The notes below the pieces were generated by a model. That model made no database searches and was not told where the DNA came from. It saw nothing but the letters and a program-made list of their open reading frames with translations. From Corallochytrium limacisporum Hawaii (Eukaryota > Protista > Pluriformea), in the NCBI GenBank assembly GCA_002811645.1, contig PDIP01000082.1:11305-75304 (forward strand): a DNA stretch of 64,000 nt. The letters run 5' to 3'. Shown piece after piece: positions 53,442 to 64,000 of this stretch (its first letter is position 1; each line of letters begins with the position of its first letter). The position numbers and the translations under genes are program-made.

Positions 53442-53492
53442 CCGTCCCCCTACCGTGGTGGGCGCACAACTCAAGAAAAAAATCCCGAACCC
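53217..53492. repeat. (CA)n microsatellite plus about 50-bp flank duplicated on both sides of the gap 53318-53392
   Basis: (CA)n-tccgtcccc..gtggtgggcgcacaactcaagaaaaaaatcccgaaccc at 53217-53317 and 53393-53492, with one mismatch. Confidence 0.85.
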
Positions 53493-56400
53493 TAAAGACA
53501 ATTAGCCCCGGTTCGCAAAGTCCCCACTCCCACACGGTCAATCAGGAAGCGCACCCTCCAACTGCCACGCAGGAGCAGTGTTAGGAGTGGTAACACCGGT
53601 CCAGAGGGGAAGTTGGTGTTGGTCTGTGATTCTGTTTTTCTTCTACTGGCGGTACCCGAGCGATGGAAAAAATTGTCCCCATAAATTTGGTCTCGGGGAC
53701 GCGCCCCTCCCCGCATTTCTCCAGGGAGGAAGAATGTCTCTGTGCGTAACAAGAATGTATGGAACGCCCACAATGAATAGGGTCAAATTTTTGTGAGCGC
53801 CGATTTCTGGGTGTGTCGAACTGTGTATCCGGGTGTGGGGAAGGCGGACATTAGCATATCGATGTATGAGCTACTTTAACGAAGATGAAAGACAAGCGGG
53901 GCATCGTATGATTTCTTCACGTTTTTATCCGTGGACAATCATCAAATATTTCTACTACTTGTCTCATCATCTACTTGTTTTGTTCTAGGTACTTCCGTAC
54001 TGATTTGCTTACTTTCTACTTGTTACCGTTCTACGTCTTTTGTAAGAAACCTGTGCCTCAAAAGCACTCACGCCAAGTAGCATGCACCATCGACAACGCA
54101 GTGTCTTTTCTAATTGACCATATGGTCAAGTTAACACACTGCTAATAGTATTCCGATGTTTGAAATCACAACTCTCATTTTCTTCCCACTCTGTCTTCAA
54201 CCTCGTTCCTTTGGCTCAATGGACGAGGTAAGGTGTCCGGGCTGCGTTTGATGGCTTGTTGGGGCACACCCGCTTGACATAGAGTACGATATTCGCACTC
54301 CAAGTAACGGTTATCTCTGACGTCGTTCTGCTTGGGCATTCTAAGGCGCACAGCAGTTGCAAAATATTGGTTCATGCATAGGGCGTTGATCTCTGCGGTG
54401 ACGGTGCGATTGGAAATTGTTGGGCCCAACACTATGGTAGTACTGTTATAGTGCACGCCAGACAAGGAAGCCGCGTGACAGGGTCCTTTTGACTAACTTC
54501 GTTCCTTCCCCAATCGTTATCAGCAATTGGTCAAGATGGTATATATATATTTTTTTCTTGTTTTCTGCTTGAGTCATCATCCATCCCTGATATTTTCTAC
54601 TTCTGCGGCTGAAGACGTCGGGATCCCGCGCACGCAGATGGAACGGACATCCATGTTGCTTCCGGCAGTACCCTGGTAATGCAGTGTGGATGGATGCTTG
54701 TCCGATAACCAGGAAAACACACAGGGAACAGCTCTGTTCCGTGATTTTCCGGAAAAACAAGAGGCAAGGTAAGCATAACACACGAACAAAATACACACGG
54801 GAAATCCGCCAAGATTCAGGTTCATTGTATCCTCTTTGTCACCGCATGTGCGCGTTTCCGTAACCATCTGTGCACTACTACTGTGCCTCGTCTCCTTCGT
54901 CCTGGTGGATGGTGTCGGTGTCCGGGACGAGCACATGGTTCTTTCGCGATCAACAGAACCATCGAGAATGACATCAAACTCTCAGTTAGTCGAAACACAA
55001 CACCAACACCAAAGACAACTACGTACACCATTTCGCATCCACTCAGTATCAGTGTTGTACGTTGTGGACTAGGACAGTGCTGAGAAATAGTAGTAAATTC
55101 AGGAAAGGATGATGAATAGAATATCAAAAATGTAGTTGGGAACGAACAAGTAATGGACTTCAAGTTTTTGTCTATTACTGCTTGGAAGAAATGAACGCCA
55201 GATATAATGCAACTTTAACTACCAAGACATACCGCTCTGAGCTTGATCAGTCGACCGGCAAAAGATTACTAGGCTACTAATCCAAAGCATAATCTTCCAT
55301 GGTATCCTCAGCAACATAGCGGGAGTATTTGGAAATTCAGTACATTTTGTGTGGTCATTTTTAACAGGATATGTAAAAAGTTTGAAGATTACTCACGCAG
55401 TTATGACACATTATTTCCTTTCCGCCCACACCATCATCCTGCTTGCACTCAGACAGAAAGCCAACCCATATGCCACTTTGCCACCAGGGCACCGAACGAA
55501 CGATCCTAGTAGATTATATGAGGTGTCGGGCTTGCGGGGCAAAAAAGACAAGCCGAGCGGTAACATGGAGAACTATTTTGTCCTACGGGGAAATCGCTTT
55601 GAGACGCATTCTCCCTGTTTCTTTTCAGTCCGTGTTTCCCAAGGGAATCTAAAGTTTCCTTTGGCTTCTGGCTTGTTTTGTTCTTCCATTTCTTCCCATC
55701 TTCCTCTCGGCAACCAATCTGGTAAAATATGATACGTTAATTGCCTGCTCGCTTGACCCGAACACAAAGAAATTATGCAGGTGGTTACCAACCTGAGGGC
55801 TCCAACTCTTAATCTAGCATCGTTTGGATAATAATGTAACTACCACTCTTTTGACTGAAGTCCAATGAAGTCCACACCACATTTCCCGTGTCCCAAATGA
55901 AGAATGTTTGTCAGATTCGATGCCGCACCAGCTCACCGAATACTCCGATTCAAAATATGTTGCGCAAACTTCCGAAAAGGTCAGTATGCCAACTATTGCA
56001 GTCAATTATCTCAAATATAGTCTTGTGCATCGCGGTGTCACATACACCGATAGATACAATCCCCGTGATGACGACAAACACAGTCCCCGCGTCCCCCTAT
56101 CTAGAAACAAGTTTCTCCATTTGATAAAATTAATATTCAGTAATGGGCGCGGAAAAGATAGGGGTGAGCATATTCTCCCTTGGAAGGAAAACTTTGAAGC
56201 AAAATGATGGATCTTGGACGGGTCCCATTTTTTTTTGTTTTCAGGACCCCTTCTTCTGCATGCCTGCCATTGCAGCCACCGTCCGTCCATCTTAAGCGAT
56301 ACGCCCAGAGAGGAGTACCTAGCAAATTTGTGTGTGCCTACGGAGTACTGCACACGAAAGTCCGGAACACGCATTGCGGCACTCATCAATATTTATCAAA

Positions 56401-56726
56401 TAATAGGCCTTAATGTGTTGGAGGGCGGGAGACAACATGAAGATAGATTTGATTCCATGTGAAACACTAAGTTTGTTCTAAGTAACATAGTGGCGGGAGT
56501 GGCAGTTGCGAGCAAATCATGGGCATCCCCCAACCACCCAGTCAATTTAATGCAATCTATGAAGATACGAGATGAAGCACCCACCACTCCGCTTCACAGC
56601 ACTAGTGCGATACGACCGTTCACACCAGGGAGACCGTAAAAACTTGAGAGGATGTGAAGAAGGTGGCATGAACAGAAAGTCGTTGGTGCTCCGGCCCTCG
56701 GTGGGATCTGGCGAAAGAAAACAATG

Positions 56727-56730
<4 letters not shown>

Positions 56731-56780
<50 letters not shown>
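56731..56780. repeat. (GA)n microsatellite
   Basis: 25 perfect GA units. Confidence 0.95.
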
Positions 56781-56784
<4 letters not shown>

Positions 56785-59700
56785 GGAAGACGGTACTCCG
56801 TCAAAGGAACCCTTGATTCCTTCTGCAACACTGCTGCCGTCTCTTTGTTATTCTCAGTAACAACGTGGAGAAGGAAGGATGGAACCCTGAAGAATTTAAC
56901 GATGACTGGATTCTGCATAGAAAGTCTCTGTTGCACAAAACCTTCAACGCCAGGTGTTTTGCTTTAACCTGCCAATTTTTTTCGGCTTTTGCCATGAGTT
57001 ACCGGCGTTGTTGGCCGCTCCCTTTTTCGAATCAAAGAAGACTAGAAATTGGCCGCTCACCGAAAATGGATGAACGCGGATCCAAATATAAAAATATCAC
57101 TGCAGAAAAGAGATAGAGGAAACGTGGTAATACGATGGCTATGAATGCGCTCGATGTAGTGAAGCCTACTGCGCAATTTAGGAGGAGCGCGGCGAGGACA
57201 CGGAGCGGCACACCAACGAACTCTGCGAAGGGGTGGTACCGATGGTGTGTTTCTGGGAATCATCACTTGGATACAATACCGAGTTCCAACCAAGGTACTC
57301 CAGACCCGCGTAACAACCTGCTCACAATGGCTACTGAATTCAAGGGCGGCCGGGCACAAGCCATTCCAAAATGCACTGGAACTCACATGGCAGGGTCGAT
57401 GGAATGGGTCACTCCTCTTCAAACCGCAACTTTTCAGAGCAGGATGGGAAGAATTCAAACAAGAAAGGGCGTCTGCGTATCTGTGGAAAAATGCGGGAGA
57501 TCTCTTCCCCACCTGCTGCTCCTTCCTCTATTGTCGACCAGTCTATTCCATTTTCGATGGGCGGCGGCTGTGGCATGGACCAGTATTTAGAAACCATCAC
57601 ACGAGTCCGCTGGGCAGACATTTTCCTGTGTAAAGCATCGGATTTTGATGGGGTTGTCTAATACTCTCCTGTGTAAAGCATTCGAATATGTTGGTTGTCT
57701 AACTCTCCGGAATCGATGTCAAACGGGTCGCCTCTCCGTCCGTTCGATTTTGCAACTCCATATATTCTGTATGGGCGCCTTACGGTCATGTCACTCTTCA
57801 ATTTTCGATGCCCGGTCTTAGCTCTCCGGGTGGAACATTCCGTCACCACAAACTCTCGTCCCGGTTCATCACATACAGCCGTGCTGTGTCTCAGTGTTCA
57901 TGTGCCAATAGGCATCATCTGACCTACTGCCTGCTGGTTAATTTTCAACATCGGATGGACCTGTGAACCTCTTCATCCGTCCCGTTTGATGCACTTTTGG
58001 GTCGGAGGGTTGCTTTCTTTGGCAGGTCAGCAGGCCATAATAGCCATCGATTCGGAGGATGGGATGATGTGTTAGCTGGATGGCAACCCTGTTCAAGGAG
58101 GAGGGCCCAGCAGCGCAGTTCCAGAGACTCTTTCTGGCGAGTTTCTTTCATCCACAGCTGGCTGACTGGCTGACTGGCTGGGCGGTGATGCGGCCGGATA
58201 CTCTGCTGATTGGGTACACCGTCATCGCGGAGTGTTCAAGCCGTTGGTCGGGAATGAGTAATTGACCGGAGCTGATGGGGTAGGGTTGGTCGAATAGTAA
58301 TTGTTTCTGTTCCGACAACAGATGATATCCGACGAGACCGAAATGAATTGGACAAATCCTCCTCTCTCAACCACACACTGCAGTCCCGTTCTCCTTTCAC
58401 TCTCCTCCTATGCTACATGCCTCCGTCTGTCTATCACTCTCCGCTCCATCTGTGCCTGTGGTCCATTCAATACTTGTTGTCTCCGTTGCCGGAGTACAAC
58501 CTAAGCACCTCATGCACCGCGGGTGTATTGTCCGCTGCAAGTTCGAAGAAACAGAGAGGATGGCGCACCGGAGAGTGGAGTGGGAGACGATGGCAGTGCC
58601 AGATTGTCAAGTTACTACGACCTTCCACAAACTCTTTGCTCACCACCCGGATTGCATCCGACCAATGAGGATCCCGTCTATCACAGGGTTGCACATGAAT
58701 GTGCACAAACACCAGCCAACGACAACGAGGAAGTAACCACGGAAAACGACTGGGATCATGACATGCATCCTGGAGTGCAAGACTCCCTTGTGTGTAAGTA
58801 TTATCTCCACTACTCAATACAAACTTGTTTCCACCTTTATGGTTTCCAAGCATTCGAGTTCGGAATGTGAGCGGGCAAGGGAGACTGGTGGCAGGGGAGC
58901 AGGGAGTGCTCGGCATTCTCTTTCTCCAAAGTCGGATGTCACCGAGGATTGAAGGTGGGACTTGAATACTAAATGAATGTAATATTTTTCCACTTTGCTG
59001 ACCAGGAGTATGCTTCCCCCCTCCTCCTCCCCCAAAAGGAGGTTTGGTGCTCCTCCTCTCGGGTCCTTTTGGTCCCGAGTGGCACACCAACGATGACGTT
59101 CGTCAGCCGGAGCGGGGGCACACAGATCAAGGAACTCAGCAAAGCCGCAATGCACTGGTCGTTGGTCCCACACAAGCGGCAATGTCTCACACACCGGGCG
59201 CACGAAGAGTCCGAAGTCTCACACAGAGCAGCACCATGCCCCGGTGAACGGGTGAGCCACAACGTTTTGGTTGCTTGTCGCGTATAAATATGAGCGGTCA
59301 GTCACTTTCGCGAGGTGGTACAAGCGGAGCGCGGCCCTGAGTGAAGTCACGAGGTGCCCCAGTTTTTTGGAATTTTTCTTGAGATGCAGAGATATAGGGA
59401 AAAAGATTCGGCGGGCAAGTAATCTTATGGAATCACTGTACCTCAACAAAATGAAGAGAGAAAAATAGGTTTTCACTTTACATCAAATATTTATGGGACC
59501 ACACTGCATGTTGTCCCTGCTCGTTGCTCACATTCGCGAATCCTTTATCACCAACATGTGTGTGTGCTCGTAATTATCCGGCCCCACCATCACCATTCGT
59601 CATGGGATGTGTGTGAACATCCGCAAGGGAAACACGCGTACTAAAGTGGTGTGAATCCCCGCGGTGTTTGAATATGCTCGGCAGGGGTTGGGCAGAGTGT

Positions 59701-61922
59701 CTCGCAGAAACCTTGACCTAATCATGAGAGCATGCGACGCAGTACCGTTGTTTTACAAACACTCAGCCAGCTTTCTCGTCTTTGTCTCCCGCTTCCATCG
59801 ATCTCTCCTTGGATAAGATTCTGTCCAGGCCCCTGCCTTCTCTTTGCTTCACGGAAAATGGATAGGGGAGGAAATGACTCTTAAAAAGTGAAAAATTGGT
59901 TGATCAACAATCCAAACAGGTAGTCGCCTGCTGTTGCAATCATCGGCAAGCGTATCTCCCTCTCTGATAGTGTAAGGGAAAGGCCTAGAAGCGAGAACCC
60001 GCATCCCCCCCCGGGGGGAGGGGGCCGGGAGGGAATTACCAGAGTGTTACAGTTCGGTTGTACTCAGAAGTGAGCGCGACATGGTGGCGAGCCATAACGC
60101 ACAGAGCAGCACATACAAAGGCAGAAATTTTCTGGTTCCGAAAAAGACGTGTCCATCTGTAAAACCAAAAGCCTTATAGGGCTAAAAGACTACCCACAAA
60201 TTCTGTCTATACCTTGTATTTTTGATGCTGGATCAGTTTCCCGGTTGTGTATTATCTCAGTCGCAACACCACATCCGTCGGTGTCAGGGTTATAGCTTTG
60301 TCTCTGTTTGGTTCTATTGGGGTTCGTGATTTCTGTGTAATACATGGTCACAATACACGTAAACAATGGAAAATACAGTGACACTGGCTGGAAACCAACG
60401 TTGCGTTCCTGAGGCCCTGTACCAACGTGTTCCGCCGCAGCATCTATACCGGTGAGCTGTGCTGTGCTGTGTTGCGCGGTGGCTCGGACTGCGCACATAC
60501 TGCTTTTGGGATCCCACATGAAGTAAAATTTAGGAGCACTTAGCAGGCGAAACGGAGAGAGAGTGAGAGACCGCGTACAGGACATATCTGTTTCGTCAGA
60601 AAGAAACACCTATTCACAAGGGACCTCCATAAATGGGAACGAAAACCATGGTTTTCCTTCCAGCTCCGTTCAACTTGCCATAGTTTTTGTTTACACAACT
60701 CGGCATTTTTTGCCAGGCCCACCATGGCGCTCGTGCAAAAACTTCACTTCGTGGAATCAAAAACAGTAGCCAAAATTGACTAACAGTCAGTCAGTACTGA
60801 AATTTTCTTCTAAGGGAACGGATGGGGAAGTCCACTTCCACCCACGGTCACATATCTCCTCAGGGGAACCCCTCACCACTACAGAACATCCTTCTGCCAT
60901 CATCTTCACCATCATCAACATCAATCAATCTACAGACATCTATTGCCATGTCAAAACACCGCATTTCCAACAGCCGCATTCACAGTCGCAGCTGGTCTTG
61001 CACGAGCGCCGGACTTGGGTGGCATACAAGGCCAAACATTCACTTCATCTGCGGGCATCAATGATGCAGTTCTAGATTTGATTAGGAGGTGTTAGGTGAC
61101 TCGCTGGGGGAACTCGCTGGGGAGACGAGTCTTGGCCAGGAGGATGGGGCTCGCAAGGCAGTGTTTGGTGATGGCGAAGTGATCTTCCTTACGCTCAGTG
61201 TTGCTTCTGTGTGACTATCTATCACCCTTGCCCTCCGTGTTCGTACCATATTTCTTAGTGTCAAGCTCCCTACATTTGTCCTGAACCCTGCTATCTCAGT
61301 TGTCCAGTGCCCTGCTCCCTGCATGCTCCCCCGGCCTATACCCAATACCAATTTTCCCCTTTCCCTCTTGTTCTGGTCTGTTTGTCTTATTGTATTAATT
61401 CAACATCCAGCTCCCCCCAACACGTATGGTCGCACGCGCAGACTCTTCATTCTTTTTTCTTCCAATACTTCATCATTCTCAGTGTTTCCTCCCCCGCCCT
61501 TCTCTTAGAGTTTACGTTAGACGCAAGGCCAGGCCGTGAGTCATTTGGGGCCACCTTATTGGACGGACAGATTGGGTGCAGCTTGTTGTATGTCCTGCTG
61601 CTTCTTCTTTAGTATCTCAACAAACCTGGATCTCTACGGCGACTGCAGGGTATCGAGAAACACGGTAGCCAAATTGACTGAGAACGGACGACTTGAGCAT
61701 GGACAAGAAGTTTGGTGCCAGTTCTGGTGTTGGACCACAGTCATGCCTCCATATCTCTCTTCCTCACCATAAGTTTGTTCAAAAAGTTCCGCAAAAAAAT
61801 CAAGAGGACAAGAAATTGAAGGGACCAAGTAGATTACACTCGGGACAGAATTCATACAAGAGCGAGAGATAACGCGTGAGAGGGAGAGAAAGGGACAGGC
61901 AGAGACACACAGACTCTCCTCC

Positions 61923-61929
61923 CTCTCTG

Positions 61930-61972
<43 letters not shown>

Positions 61973-61992
61973 GTGTCTCGCTCTCGCTCTCT
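61923..61992. repeat. Imperfect (CT)n microsatellite
   Basis: CT-rich dinucleotide tract with GT interruptions. Confidence 0.9.
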
Positions 61993-64000
61993 TAGAAAGG
62001 GAGAGCCAGCAAGCGAGCACAGCTTCTGGGCAGTCATGAAAGATCCGAAAAGAGGTGTAAACCTGACTAAGATAAATCCATTATGTATGTATGCGGGTGT
62101 GGAGTTCCCGTTGTCGACCGATCTGAGAGACGAGCGACGCGGATCTGTTGCAACAGGGTAATCGTGTCTCCTTCCACCAACCCACACACACAAACATCCA
62201 CAAAGTGTCGTAAACTCTGGTGATGATCATTTACTGGTTCTATCGAGGTTAGACGGCACGCTTCGGAAAAGATGGATATTCATATACGATACAAACACGT
62301 ACAAGCGCAAGCTCAACAGTTGTGTTCGGCATATTAGTCATTTGAATTTTAGTAGCCATAAATATGTATGTACCTACGCGAAGTTTGGAAGATACATTTC
62401 GAAAGGGAATATGGCAAAAAGTAAAGAATGGCGGGCCCAGGTGAATGAAAATTTCCAAAGGCCGTCTACAGCCCCCCCCCTGCCTTCCCTGCACGGCGGA
62501 GAACGTAGAAAAGCGCAAGGAAAGAGTGACCACCCTCCACACAGTTTCAACAATTTCATATGATTTGATGAACGAACAAATGAATTCTTGGGTGGGTCCC
62601 GATCTAGCCGCCTCCTTGGATCTGAGCGCGCATGTGTGTGTCTATGAATGAGACTGTGTGGGCCAGTTCTAGAACGACTTCAGTTCGATGCCACACCTCG
62701 CCAATGTAGTTACACAAACCGGTCCGCGACCGAGGAGGGTGACGAAAACTGCAAAGTTTCGCCCAAGAAATGACAATTTTACGGCAAACAACCTCGAACG
62801 GGTAATCACGAAGACCGGTTTGAGTCGCGACACATCGATACTGTTGGGTACGGTGAATTACACTTCATAATTGCAAGGTTATAATTATTATTCTCAGGAG
62901 GCTTTCAAAAAAAATCACTTGCCAATTATAAACATTTGCAACCGTATCTTACCATTCTGATAGTAATGCTGTTGTATCAGGCAGTCGCACTTGCCAGGAA
63001 TGTACCTTAATATTTATTTCCGCTTTGTCCTCAAACGTGTAGAATGTGTGCCTATGTCTTACCGCACATACCAGTGGCGTAGCCCACGCGTTTCCGTTCT
63101 ACTGAGAGCAGCTGCATTAATGGATCGCTTTTTTGGACATTGGCTCTGGAGTCTGTTATGAAGATGTTCTGGAGTAAATTTTCTCTTGTAATCTTCTATT
63201 TTTCATAATGTATATTGGTGATGGATGTGTTTCTGAGCACTTTCTTGTTGGGATGGGATCGGAGACCGTTACCTATTTTGTAGTCATAGAAAAAGTATCT
63301 GTGTGGACACGGTGGTTAAGTTCATCATGCCAGAACTTGCCTCATACCATCGAGCAGGAGCGTCAGTCAACCAGCCATGAGGAGCATCCTGATGGGATGA
63401 AAGCAATTGGAACGGGGAAGTTCAGATGCGCTGCACAGTGAAATGTCTACACACCTTTGTGGGCGAGAGCCATGCGCTACTTGTAGCCTTCCTTTAGTGT
63501 ACGACTCATTAAGATGTGTGAAGAATGTTGCAGCTGTGCGTTCGAATGCGTGTAGCGGTTCACACGGCGGTCAGCAAGTGCCCTGTTGCCCCATATCTCT
63601 CCCCTGCCAGTTTGACTCTTATAATATCCACAATGAATGGGGAAAAAGTTTATCAGCATACGTCTATGAATGATTGCCACTTGTGCCTCACATTGCCACC
63701 GGGCGTTCGCTTACAACTTCCGCAAATTTCGCGCACCAACCGATGTTATCCGAGTCCACTGACTCTCCTCCTTTGCACATAGCCTGCCAGTAGAATTTGC
63801 CAGCAAATCCCCCAGCGTTTTGTTTTCTTTTTACGTAGTGTCTCCATGCTCTTTCCGTTTCATGTCACTCACCGCCCCATTCCCTGCTATCCGATTCTAA
63901 CTGTGAACGGCAAAGAGTATTCTTTTACTCGCGAGAGAAAGATCGCGGAGGCCGAGTAAGTCTGACCAGCCCCCCACCCTCTCGTTTATTTTCTTTTTCG

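Noticed and set aside
53217-53492. Duplicated (CA)n plus flank as a mobile-element end or target-site duplication
   Set aside because: The copies flank an N gap; most likely a scaffolding or allelic overlap.
49172-64000. Transposon, viral, CRISPR or rRNA remnants in the gene-poor region
   Set aside because: No transposase, RT or integrase motifs, terminal repeats, spaced repeat arrays or rRNA signatures were recognised by eye.

Overview
Eukaryotic nuclear DNA with 14 recognisable or plausible protein-coding genes, each readable as a single uninterrupted ORF (up to 1473 aa), plus six assembly gaps. The apparent lack of introns together with animal-like signalling genes points to an intron-poor unicellular holozoan. 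Corallochytrium would fit, but this is inference. The first 37 kb is gene-dense: Vma12/TMEM199, syntaxin-5, NUP42/NUPL2, MRI1, p47/p37-type SEP-UBX, PPP1R21-like, an FG-GAP propeller receptor, PIG-Z, an orphan signal-anchored protein, USP36-like, a Sel1-repeat protein, NEMF/Rqc2 and a receptor guanylyl cyclase. The last 27 kb holds only MAP1D and a homeobox gene, and about 15 kb upstream of the homeobox gene lacks recognisable coding sequence. Most notable: (1) a proto-POU-like transcription factor with a lambda-repressor-length POU-specific-like HTH, a 21-aa linker and a POU-type homeodomain carrying Q50 instead of C50; (2) an animal-style receptor guanylyl cyclase whose ectodomain is a bacterial PstS-like phosphate-binding fold; (3) an FG-GAP propeller receptor with a tail full of SH2/SH3 docking motifs; (4) a recurrent intergenic C-run/G-run palindrome and strand-oriented G-rich tracts upstream of genes. 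Family assignments come from motifs recalled from memory; no database searches were run.
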